This document shows, piece by piece, positions 14,127-23,273 of a DNA stretch of 26,568 nt. The position numbers were made by a program, and so were the translations under genes. Origin of the DNA: a virus (taxonomy: Duplodnaviria; Caudoviricetes); IMG/VR virus record IMGVR_UViG_3300028857_000025, positions 1 through 26,568 of that record. One strand, 5' to 3'. A model generated the notes under the pieces. The model saw only the letters and a list, made by a program, of their open reading frames with translations, did no database searches and was not told where the DNA came from. Numbering within the stretch: position 1 is the first letter of the stretch; each line of letters begins with the position of its first letter.

Positions 14127-16925
14127 ATGGACCCACATGATTTCCTCAGCTCCATCCTACCCAACACCGGCCCGTACTGTTTCACCCTCATTAAGAACGG
14201 CCTCGTTAATCAACAATTCATTGATGCTATCCCCACTGATGCCGAGCTCGTAGAGTTCGCCAACGACTACGCCGACCACGATATTTATTTCGCCGTCGCC
14301 AGCTTCCAAACCAAAACCAGCCGCACCCAAGCCAATGTCGCCCAACTTAAATCCTTATGGATTGATTTGGACGTCGGCGGCAAATCAGCCTATGCTACCA
14401 AGAAGGATGCCAAACAAGCGCTTGATAAATTCGTCGCTGCTGCCGGGCTTCCTGCACCTACGCTGGTAGACTCCGGTGGTGGTGCACATATCTATTGGCC
14501 ACTAACACAGGCTATTGATATCCCTGAGTGGAAGGCGTTGGTTCTGGCATTACTAAGCAAAGCGACGGAGCACGGGTTTAGCATTAAAGACATCGGTGTT
14601 TCCAAAGACAGCGCCCGCATTCTACGGGTTCCCGGAACAACTAACCATAAGTTCGACCCACTGCGACTCGTCGCCGTTATCAAGACTGGCACACCAACCG
14701 ACCCGACTGTACTGGGGAGTTTGCTTAGCGTCGGCGCACCCATCCCGAATAATCCCAAAGTTAGAACGAATCTAACTTCACAGGCGGTAAGTAAACTCTC
14801 TCCGTTAACCCGCGCCTTGATGTCTCACCAAGGCCAGCAATACGGGCAGGTGATTACCCGGTCGATGCAGGGAACAGGTTGTGTGCAGTTGGCTAATGCT
14901 TATATCAATCAGGATGATTTAACGGGTATGCATTGGTGGAGCGTGATGTCTATCCCGCAGTTCACCGAGCAACGCCAGGAAGCGGTGCATAACCTCTCCT
15001 ATCAGCACAGCAACTATTCAATCGAAGCCACCTTGCTTAAGGCCGAGCGCACCGACGGGCCGTATGCCTGCGCCAAGATAAGCGAGCATCGTCCGGAGCT
15101 CTGCACCGCCTGCCCTCATTACGGGAATATCACTTACCCTTTTTTGCTCGATAGGACCCCCCGCCCGGAGCAGGTCCACCCACTCAATGAAGACATTGCC
15201 CGCAGCGGCTTACCCCCCATAGTTTATCCGTATTTACCCGGCGCGCGGGCGGGTATTTATGTTAAACAATTTATCCCTAACAAAGACGGCGACGGTGGCT
15301 CCATGGCCATCAAACACGTCTACAATCATACCTTTTACGTGTCAGGGCGCTGCCTTGACCCGCACGAGGGAGAGCTGGTCCACATGAAACTGATACGCCC
15401 CCACGACGGTGTTAAGGACTTTTCCGCGCCGTTATCCGAGATTACCGCCAAGGAGAAATGCAGGGAGCACTTCTCCAAACAAGGCATGGCCGCAGATGCG
15501 TTTAAAATGAAGATGCTGATGGAATACACCACCGAGTTTTGCAGTTACTTACAAGAGATCGACAAAGCCGACAATATCCGTGTCCAGTTCGGTTGGCATG
15601 ACAATGACACCTGCTTCATTGTCGGCAACCGGGAGATTCGCAAAGACGGCATCTATTACTCAATGCCCTCCAACGATACCCTGCAAGCCTCTGTCCAGTT
15701 TACCAAAGTCGGTACCTTGGCGGCATGGCAATCGGTCGCTCAGCGCTACGCAGGGCCTGATAATGAGGTACGGGCATTTGCCTTAATGATAGGCTTGGGC
15801 TGCCCGATGTTCAAATACTTGGGTCACGGCGGCGCTATCCTGCACTTGACCAACACACTATCGGGTGTCGGTAAGTCTGCCGCCCAAGGCTTGGCATTGA
15901 GCGCCTGGGGTCACCCCGACAAGGGCATGAGTCTGATGAAAGACACCCTGAACATGCGTCTGCATCGCCTGGGTGTGATGAACAATGTGGTGTTCTGCAT
16001 GGATGAAATCACCCAGATGACCGCCGAAGAAGTCGGTACCCTGGCGTACTCGATTAGCCAAGGCCGAGGCAAAGGCCGCATGGAGGCGTCGGCCAACCGT
16101 GAGCGGGCCAATAACACCACCTGGAGCGTGCCGTGCATTACCTCGGGCAACGCCAATATCCATGACGTCTTAAAAGCCAACAGCATGAACTCCGATGGCG
16201 AGGTCATGCGGGTGCTGGAGATGCGCGTCGAGCCCATCACCGGCATCACCAAGGAAGAGTCTGACCGACTGTTTATTGATGTCCTGCAGAACAACTACGG
16301 GCATGCGGGGGAAATCATTGTCCAGTATATCCTCAACCATCGGGAGGAGTGCTTCACGCGTCTGAAGGCCATCCAGAAAGAGTTTGATTTGGCCATGGGC
16401 TACCTTAACCCCGAGCGCTATTATTCATTGCTCACAACCACAGCCTTATGGGGTGGGGAGATTGGCAACATGCTCGGCCTGATTGATATCCCGCTGGCGC
16501 CTATTGTAGATTACTTGATGAAACAAAACACAGACACCCGTAGCGAGGTGCGTACGCCTGAGCAAATATCGGGTAATACCATCGGGACATTTATCAACGA
16601 GCACGCCGGCAATCATACCTTGGTGATTGACATGCGCCCGTCGAATATCCCCGGTGACCTACGCCCGGCGGTACAAATGCCGCGTGGCGAGCTGATGATA
16701 CGCATTGAAACCGATACCAAAATGATTTATATCACCACTACCAGCCTGCGCAGTTGGTGCAGCAAGAAGCGGGTGTCGTTCAATGACACCGTCGAGGAGC
16801 TCAAGACCAAAGGTGCTTTGATAACCACCGGTCAAGTGAAGATGGCCGAAGGCACGCAGACATCATCGCCCGCAGTACGGGCGCTTATTTTAGACAAGAC
16901 AATTTTAGATGAGATGGGGTTATAA
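14127..16925 (+). CDS. Primase (AEP/RepB-like N-terminus) fused to DUF927/helicase-like domain
   Basis: WIDLD, DSGGGAHIYW and RILRVPGTTN primase motifs; Cys cluster CAKI..CTACPH; QFGW, Walker A SGVGKS, MDE, GRGKGR, W...ITSGN, NNYGHAG of the DUF927 type. Confidence 0.85.
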   Translation: MDPHDFLSSILPNTGPYCFTLIKNGLVNQQFIDAIPTDAELVEFANDYADHDIYFAVASFQTKTSRTQANVAQLKSLWIDLDVGGKSAYATKKDAKQALDKFVAAAGLPAPTLVDSGGGAHIYWPLTQAIDIPEWKALVLALLSKATEHGFSIKDIGVSKDSARILRVPGTTNHKFDPLRLVAVIKTGTPTDPTVLGSLLSVGAPIPNNPKVRTNLTSQAVSKLSPLTRALMSHQGQQYGQVITRSMQGTGCVQLANAYINQDDLTGMHWWSVMSIPQFTEQRQEAVHNLSYQHSNYSIEATLLKAERTDGPYACAKISEHRPELCTACPHYGNITYPFLLDRTPRPEQVHPLNEDIARSGLPPIVYPYLPGARAGIYVKQFIPNKDGDGGSMAIKHVYNHTFYVSGRCLDPHEGELVHMKLIRPHDGVKDFSAPLSEITAKEKCREHFSKQGMAADAFKMKMLMEYTTEFCSYLQEIDKADNIRVQFGWHDNDTCFIVGNREIRKDGIYYSMPSNDTLQASVQFTKVGTLAAWQSVAQRYAGPDNEVRAFALMIGLGCPMFKYLGHGGAILHLTNTLSGVGKSAAQGLALSAWGHPDKGMSLMKDTLNMRLHRLGVMNNVVFCMDEITQMTAEEVGTLAYSISQGRGKGRMEASANRERANNTTWSVPCITSGNANIHDVLKANSMNSDGEVMRVLEMRVEPITGITKEESDRLFIDVLQNNYGHAGEIIVQYILNHREECFTRLKAIQKEFDLAMGYLNPERYYSLLTTTALWGGEIGNMLGLIDIPLAPIVDYLMKQNTDTRSEVRTPEQISGNTIGTFINEHAGNHTLVIDMRPSNIPGDLRPAVQMPRGELMIRIETDTKMIYITTTSLRSWCSKKRVSFNDTVEELKTKGALITTGQVKMAEGTQTSSPAVRALILDKTILDEMGL

Positions 16926-16930
16926 AAACT

Positions 16931-17128
16931 ATGTGTAATTGCGCAGAAGAAATTAATGTCAAATTAGCCGATATGAATTTACGCTTGGTCGGCGCGTTTA
17001 TTCTTTCAAAAGACATGGAGTTAACCTATAAGTTGTGTGTCGCTACAGAAAAGATTGACACTAAAATCCGTAAAAATCCGCCCTCTGTAACGGTTACTTT
17101 TTGCCCGTTTTGTGGGGAGAAGCAATGA
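16931..17128 (+). CDS. Small Zn-binding protein
   Basis: MCNC ... FCPFCGEK. Confidence 0.7.
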   Translation: MCNCAEEINVKLADMNLRLVGAFILSKDMELTYKLCVATEKIDTKIRKNPPSVTVTFCPFCGEKQ

Positions 17129-17484
17129 CCACCATCACCCGCAAAGAGATGGCCGAGCTGGCCGGTATTACTCTGGAAGCCGTAGCGTCCTACGCACGCG
17201 GCAAGCACAGTAGGCTCCCCAAAATACACCATCGTGTCAAGAACACGTTTTACTATGATAAAGTCGAGGCCGAGAACTGGGCGGCGAATTATCGGGAGAT
17301 GGTGCAGGCCAAAGCCGAAGGGACGTTTCAATCCAAACCCGAAGGCCTGCCGATGCCGTTCCAACTGTCTATTGACCAAAGAATTGACTATAGATTACGG
17401 CTTATGAAAGCCCGACACAATAAACCACAAACTATCAAAGTAGAAGTAAAGGAGCTAAATATATGGGCGTTATCCCGAAATTAG
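17125..17484 (+). CDS. HTH DNA-binding protein (likely ATG 17125)
   Basis: ITRKEMAELAGITLEAVASY helix-turn-helix pattern; GGGGAG SD; ATGA overlap. Confidence 0.65.
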   Translation: MTTITRKEMAELAGITLEAVASYARGKHSRLPKIHHRVKNTFYYDKVEAENWAANYREMVQAKAEGTFQSKPEGLPMPFQLSIDQRIDYRLRLMKARHNKPQTIKVEVKELNIWALSRN

Positions 17485-17687
17485 AAGACCTATGGAGTCG
17501 TATCGAAAATCAAATGCATGAAGATGGCTTTTCAGATATGTCCGTTACCGCCGCAAAAGTTGGTTTCTATAAAGGGTTTATCCTATCATTGGAGACACAG
17601 AAGGAACTGCGCATGTGCCTATCGTCGTTTGAAATGGACAGGGTCATCCATGATTGGGACGTAGAAGCCTACCATGCCCTTGTTTAA
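17463..17687 (+). CDS. Hypothetical protein
   Basis: AAGGAG SD upstream; 74 aa. Confidence 0.6.
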   Translation: MGVIPKLEDLWSRIENQMHEDGFSDMSVTAAKVGFYKGFILSLETQKELRMCLSSFEMDRVIHDWDVEAYHALV

Positions 17688-17919
17688 CCCGACAGAGTAT
17701 CAAGGTTTGAGGCTCAAACTAGCGTGGGATGAATTGGAGATTGGCTTCTCATTTTTCATCCCGTGCTTAGACACGGAGACAATGCTCCGCACCATCTATA
17801 CCGAAGCGGAGCGTAGGGGATATAAGCTTATCCACGAAGAACGTACAGAAAATGGTATGGCTGGCGTCCGTTGGTGGAGGGTTCCTCTTACGGACGATAC
17901 ACCCGATTATACGTCCTAG
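17674..17919 (+). CDS. Hypothetical phage protein
   Basis: WDELEIGFSFFIPC...GVRWWRV pattern typical of small phage proteins; last + strand gene. Confidence 0.65.
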   Translation: MPLFNPTEYQGLRLKLAWDELEIGFSFFIPCLDTETMLRTIYTEAERRGYKLIHEERTENGMAGVRWWRVPLTDDTPDYTS

Positions 17920-20900
17920 AGGCGCTCTCGGTAATCCGCTTTATCTGTGCATCAATGCGTTCGAGGCGCGCACGCTTAGCTTCTGGCGATATTCTATCAT
18001 TCGGCGTCGCCATGATTTTGTCCTTTTGCGCTGTTAGATCGTGTATTTTTGCTGTTTTTTGGTTTACTTCTCGTTGCACGCTGTCAGATAACAACCGGCG
18101 GTTATCCGCACGCCCCAAGGCCAGATTGGCCTCCCGCCGCTTAAATTCCCGCGCTTCTTTGGTCTTGCCCAATGCCTCGAAGCGATTCACACTGGCCTTA
18201 GCTTCCCGCGCCGCGCCTCCCAAGGTATAGAAATCATCCACCCCCTGCGTCATCCGGTCGTTACGCAGCGGCATGCCCGGAATGTCTTTCGCTGATTTAC
18301 CGTAACCGATATTAAACTGGTCTTCACGCGTGGCCGTATACGGAATATCCAAGCCGGCCCGTAGCGCCATGTCGGTCACCATCATGGTCGTTGCCCCTGC
18401 ATAGCCAAAATAGCCCTTAATAAAATGGTCGACCAAAAACGGTGACAGGCCGGCATGACCTAATAGTTTAGCCAGCTCTGAGGTCTTCTCGTTGTACTGC
18501 AGTTCCGGCGTCCCCGATAAATGCTTGTAGCGCTCGGGGATAATCGGGCGGTTGGTGTGGAAATCAATACCCGTGATATTCTCCAAGACCGGCTTGATAA
18601 CTGTCGGCCCCATCGGTGCCCCGGCTAATATGCGCACTGTCGTATCCAACATAGCTTGACGGGTCTGATACGGGTTCTCACTACCCTTATCCATCAGATA
18701 TCGGTACACATGGTTCATGGCAATAAACGACAGTGAGAATACGTCCGCCCGCACCGTCATCGCATAGTCTGATTTAGAGCCGAACGGGTAGATATGGGTG
18801 TCGCGCTCCTGGATATCTTTCTTCTTGAACTCGTCGTCATCCCCCAACATCATGTTGTATAAAAAGGTAAACGTTGCCACTTGTGCCGAGGTGGCTGCCA
18901 AGCGCATCAGCGCTTCTTTGCGGGCAACGGGCGAGATGCCGCGCCCCGAGATGATATTGAGCTGGGTGCGGGTTGCCTGTAAATACGCCCCTAAAAACGG
19001 CGTCACTTGCATGAACGCACTTAAGGTCGCATTGGCACCCCGCTTCCTGAAGTTAATCACTTCAAACGCTCTTTGTTGGGCTATCATCTGCGCATTGGGT
19101 TGGCCTTTCATCTCTTTCATGGTACGCACATAGATGCCTTGACGGATGGCATTATCACCGACATTGGCGAAGTGCTCCAGTGCCCTATGCAGTGCCGCAA
19201 ACGGACCTTTCTTAGCACGGCCATGCATGGCTAACTCGTGAATATGCTCGGTCGCCATACTGACGGTATCTTTCTGTCCGACAATGCCGATGCCTTTTAA
19301 GTGCTCATGCGCATCGGTCGTGCCTTTCAACGTACCGGTCCACTCCTTGGCGATATCAATTAATAGCGCACCGGGGTTTTTGACCCCTGACGAGAACATC
19401 GCCGAGTAAGCGTCTTGCGGTAATTGATTTATCGTAAACAACGGGTCCAGTACGATGGCATTGCGCAGTCGGTTAGCGAACTTGGCGGCCATGGTTAAGG
19501 TAGGCAGGGCTACGGTATTGACGCCGTTAAACGCCGAGGTTAACAAAGGGTCTTCATACTCCCAATACTCCTCACGCCCGTGCCGATAGACTTTAATGCC
19601 GCCGTTCTTGGTATTGGCCGCCGGCTTAACGGCACCGGGGTAAAAGTGCTTGGCGACAACCTCTTGGAGCTCCAGATTCTTGGCGTTCTTCACGCCTTTT
19701 ACAAAGCTGTTGAGAATCCACTTCTCCATGTTCTCAACCATGTCTTTGACTTCCCGTTCGGAGCCTTTGATGGCATGCTCCTTTTGATTTGCCATTAAGC
19801 TCCGACCCCGTCCGCCCGCCATATAGCCATAAAATGCATCCGGGTCTTTCGCATCCATGAGCCGGTTGAACGGCACATACATCGTCGCGTCCATATAGGC
19901 TTTGGCCTGCTTCTCAGAATAGCGGCCCGTATCGACCAGGAACTTGACCATATAAGCCCGTACCCCATGCCACTCTTTCAGTGCCTCGGCGTACTCGGGA
20001 TGGTCGGCCAAGACTTTAAGCGCCGTGGCAATCTGGTCATCCGTCATGTGCTCTACATCCGCACGCCGCAAGATATTGGCGAACTTACGCTCAGCCATGG
20101 CTTTAACCTTAGGGTCGGTAGCCATATCAATGGCTTTCCGATAGGTCGCCGCCTGCTCACGGAACTCTTTGATACGCAGTGCTGAGGCAATATCGGTGAA
20201 AATGCCACTGACCGTCTCAAACGGCTTGCCTTGCTTCTTGGCATGCTTGGCCAGGATATCTTTCATCTTGGTGATGGAGAACTGCCCGGCCTTGGCCTCC
20301 CACTGCATCGTGTTTGGGTTGTAGTGCAACTCGCCTTGGATAGCGCCTTGGGCTGCCAGTGAATTGACATACACGGTCTGGCCTTGGAACGCCTGCGCCA
20401 TAATCTTCTGTACCTCCGGCGTCGCCAAGCCCATCGCTTCCAAACGCGGCCGCAGTTGGTTATACAATCCCGAGCTGTAGTCGAACAGTTCGTTCTCTAT
20501 CTTGAGCACGGTGCGTTTTAGATTGGTCGAACGCGAGGGAATAGGCTTAGGTGGATTGGCTTTTAGGTGCTTCTCCCGCGCCGCTGCAAGCCGCTCCGCT
20601 TTTGCTGTTACGGCGGCTTCTTCAGACGAGGACAGCGCGTACGCTGTGTCAGCCCGTGAACCTGCATATTTCAACGCCGACACCGCTAATTGCCGTGCGT
20701 CAGCCTCGGTGAACTTACTGCCAATGCCCAGATTAGCCCGCGCCCAATTACGGACGGCTGATATCAATCGGCGAACCAATGAGTGCTTGGGTGCGTGCTC
20801 AACCAGATGGGCTAAGGCTTCTTCGGGAATCAAATGGCTTGGAGTGGACTTCGGTACCGCTTCACGCGCAGCGATAAACGCCGGGTCTTGACTGTTCATC

Positions 20901-23272
20901 GCTTCGGCTTTGTACTGCTCCCAGAGCTTGGGCCCGACCAGTTTGGCCATCCCGGCGTGTACGCCCGCTTCATGGAGCATCACGCTCTCAATAGTATTAG
21001 GCGTGAGTCGATTTGCTATGAAATGAGAAACGCCTGCTGCATCGACCATACCCTTCACATTGGGCGGATGGTTCTCGCCGGGGAGCGTCGCTTGGGTATC
21101 ATGGAACACCGCCTTGCCGCTGGCTATCATAGCCTTGAGTTCTTTGGGCAAATGGCGCTCTAATGACTTAGCTGTGTGTTGGGTCTCGGGCTCGGTGGAC
21201 AAAGCAAAGGACTCAGGCTGGAACGCCTTACCAGTCTCCTGCAGCTTAGCCCACGCTTCATTCCGCTTGGCGTCTGCTTCAGGGCTTGGGTTATCTTCTG
21301 CCTCATTCTTTGCCCGAGTCCCTTCCTGATGGGCTTTGGCGACATCAGAGAAGGTTGGCTTTGGCGCGGCTTCTGAGGACGGGGGTATAGTCCCCAATAC
21401 AGAACTTGCCTTTGGAGCAGATTGTGGTGTGGGAGCAACTTGGGCAATAGGCACTTCGGTTTCCTGCGCTGTCGCCGTAGTGTCCGGTGGCGGCTCCTGG
21501 GTCTCGGTAGTAACTGGAGTTTCTTCCGGTTTGGTTGTCGTTGTTTCGCTTTCCGGTGTCCATGGCTCGTTTTTACCTCGTAAAGTGGGTTCGGGAATTT
21601 CTTGGCTCTTTAATACCTGTTCCGCTGCATTGATATGGGAATCAAACTCTTCGTAGTCGAAATCATCCGGTGCGTGTTCATCGACCGCAGCTTTTGCCGC
21701 GTCAATGCCTTCTTGCGTGGTCAGGTCGGCGTCCATTAATGATTTGAACAATTTGGATTTGGGCGCAACGCCGAAATCCTCGACGCGAGCGGCTTTTTTC
21801 TTGGCGTTGTTCTCTTCGTCGACGGCTTTGGCTTGCTTAGTCTGCGCGGCTAAGTCGGGTGGTGTGGTCTCGGTATCACCCGACTGTGGCGTAGCGGGTG
21901 TAGCGGGCGTACTGACACCGCCGGCAGCGCCGGGTATCAAAGCCCCGAAGAACCCTGAGGCGCCGGCCTCTTTAGCTTCTTGTCCTGCTTCCGGTCCGGT
22001 GATGGGCAGCCCTGCTTGCGCCCGCTCTAATTCCGATTGTGTCGCGCCGACGCCGGCTTCCAAGGTACCTGACTTAACGGCATGTGTGCCTATACGGGTG
22101 AGGAGGTTCTTTTTAACCTCTTGCTCAACACTATCCCTAAACACGGCTTTGGCTTTCTTGCCTAAGCCTAGTGTAAAGCGGTCGGTGACGGCATCCAAAA
22201 AACCTGCGGGAATCGAGGCGGCCAAAGCATCTCCAGAAGATAAATCCTCCGCTTTGGATTTCTCCAATGCTTGCCGATGCATCATATCGCCGAACTGCTG
22301 CACAATATAAGCCCCTACTGTAACGGGGAGCGCCAATAATGGATTAACGGCGCCTGCGGCCAAGCCCATACCTAATGCCGGTGCCATGCCCGGTACAGAC
22401 TCAGCGGTCTTCTCCATAGCAAAGCCCGGTAACTCTTTAGCGGCTGCCAAAGCACCGTCTTTGGAATAGATATCCTGAATATTTTGAAACGTCTGCGACG
22501 CTCTACCCGATTGTGGCTCTTGTGATTTGGACTTGATGCCCTCCATCTGTGCTTGTGCTTCGGGGCCATTGCCCAAGGCCGAGCTTATGCCTAACCCGAT
22601 GCCCTGCGTTGACTCTTTAAGCCCTTCCCAGCCCCGACTGAGCGCCGAACTAAAGCGTCCGGGTTGCTCGCCTTGCGGATTGTCTTGAATTTGCTGCAGC
22701 TCGTTAATGCGCTCAAACTTGGCTTTAAGCTCAGGCGTCAACGGTGCTTCCTCGACATCTGCCAAGTCCTCTAGCGTAGGTATGGCTTTTCGCGGTGGCG
22801 GTGCTTCGCCCGACTGAATGCGCTTGAACTTGGCAATCAGCTCCGGCGTTAACGGCGCTTCTTCAACGTCGGCTAAATCGTCCAACGTAGGTAGTCCGGT
22901 TGGCTGGGCTTGGGGTTGCGCACCGGCTAGCTGCAAGAACTGCAGGCCTTTGCCGACATAGTTCCGGGTCTCTCTATAAGGCGGCACGCCGCCATGCTTT
23001 TGGACAGCACCGGGGCCGGCATTATAGGCCGCCAGTGTCAGTGCCGGGTCACCGCCATGGGTATCATAGAGTGCATCAAGGTATTCATGCCCTACCCGCT
23101 CGCGCTCAGCAACCGAGTTATTACGAATGGGCGTGATACCGTAACCAGGCGACCGCGCCGTCGCGTCCATGACCTGCATCGGCCCACGTGCACCTTTACC
23201 TGACACGGCATTAGCCTTGCCTCGGGACTCCATCCACTCGACGGTTTTGTGAAGCTCTTTAGGCGCAGCCAT
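17888..23272 (-). CDS. Large polyvalent/internal virion protein: N-terminal lytic transglycosylase, central zincin-like motif, C-terminal LPD38-like domain
   Basis: SLT motifs MES, GPMQVM, LAAYNAGPGAV, ETRNYV; VMLHEAGVH...EEALA; C-terminal PVLENITGIDFHTNRPI..TSELAK..SPFLVDHFIKGYFG. Confidence 0.8.
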   Translation of the reverse strand: MAAPKELHKTVEWMESRGKANAVSGKGARGPMQVMDATARSPGYGITPIRNNSVAERERVGHEYLDALYDTHGGDPALTLAAYNAGPGAVQKHGGVPPYRETRNYVGKGLQFLQLAGAQPQAQPTGLPTLDDLADVEEAPLTPELIAKFKRIQSGEAPPPRKAIPTLEDLADVEEAPLTPELKAKFERINELQQIQDNPQGEQPGRFSSALSRGWEGLKESTQGIGLGISSALGNGPEAQAQMEGIKSKSQEPQSGRASQTFQNIQDIYSKDGALAAAKELPGFAMEKTAESVPGMAPALGMGLAAGAVNPLLALPVTVGAYIVQQFGDMMHRQALEKSKAEDLSSGDALAASIPAGFLDAVTDRFTLGLGKKAKAVFRDSVEQEVKKNLLTRIGTHAVKSGTLEAGVGATQSELERAQAGLPITGPEAGQEAKEAGASGFFGALIPGAAGGVSTPATPATPQSGDTETTPPDLAAQTKQAKAVDEENNAKKKAARVEDFGVAPKSKLFKSLMDADLTTQEGIDAAKAAVDEHAPDDFDYEEFDSHINAAEQVLKSQEIPEPTLRGKNEPWTPESETTTTKPEETPVTTETQEPPPDTTATAQETEVPIAQVAPTPQSAPKASSVLGTIPPSSEAAPKPTFSDVAKAHQEGTRAKNEAEDNPSPEADAKRNEAWAKLQETGKAFQPESFALSTEPETQHTAKSLERHLPKELKAMIASGKAVFHDTQATLPGENHPPNVKGMVDAAGVSHFIANRLTPNTIESVMLHEAGVHAGMAKLVGPKLWEQYKAEAMNSQDPAFIAAREAVPKSTPSHLIPEEALAHLVEHAPKHSLVRRLISAVRNWARANLGIGSKFTEADARQLAVSALKYAGSRADTAYALSSSEEAAVTAKAERLAAAREKHLKANPPKPIPSRSTNLKRTVLKIENELFDYSSGLYNQLRPRLEAMGLATPEVQKIMAQAFQGQTVYVNSLAAQGAIQGELHYNPNTMQWEAKAGQFSITKMKDILAKHAKKQGKPFETVSGIFTDIASALRIKEFREQAATYRKAIDMATDPKVKAMAERKFANILRRADVEHMTDDQIATALKVLADHPEYAEALKEWHGVRAYMVKFLVDTGRYSEKQAKAYMDATMYVPFNRLMDAKDPDAFYGYMAGGRGRSLMANQKEHAIKGSEREVKDMVENMEKWILNSFVKGVKNAKNLELQEVVAKHFYPGAVKPAANTKNGGIKVYRHGREEYWEYEDPLLTSAFNGVNTVALPTLTMAAKFANRLRNAIVLDPLFTINQLPQDAYSAMFSSGVKNPGALLIDIAKEWTGTLKGTTDAHEHLKGIGIVGQKDTVSMATEHIHELAMHGRAKKGPFAALHRALEHFANVGDNAIRQGIYVRTMKEMKGQPNAQMIAQQRAFEVINFRKRGANATLSAFMQVTPFLGAYLQATRTQLNIISGRGISPVARKEALMRLAATSAQVATFTFLYNMMLGDDDEFKKKDIQERDTHIYPFGSKSDYAMTVRADVFSLSFIAMNHVYRYLMDKGSENPYQTRQAMLDTTVRILAGAPMGPTVIKPVLENITGIDFHTNRPIIPERYKHLSGTPELQYNEKTSELAKLLGHAGLSPFLVDHFIKGYFGYAGATTMMVTDMALRAGLDIPYTATREDQFNIGYGKSAKDIPGMPLRNDRMTQGVDDFYTLGGAAREAKASVNRFEALGKTKEAREFKRREANLALGRADNRRLLSDSVQREVNQKTAKIHDLTAQKDKIMATPNDRISPEAKRARLERIDAQIKRITESASRTYNRVYRP

Positions 23273-23273
23273 C

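Noticed and set aside
14032-14253. 73-aa ORF beginning MRCDAMQC
   Set aside because: It is a translation artefact of the GATGC pentamers, has a TTG start with no SD, crosses a terminator and overlaps the primase out of frame.
57-17379. Minus-strand ORFs within the replication module (e.g. 10205-10630, 13556-14002, 15911-16294)
   Set aside because: They lie fully antisense to well-supported genes and have no recognisable domains.
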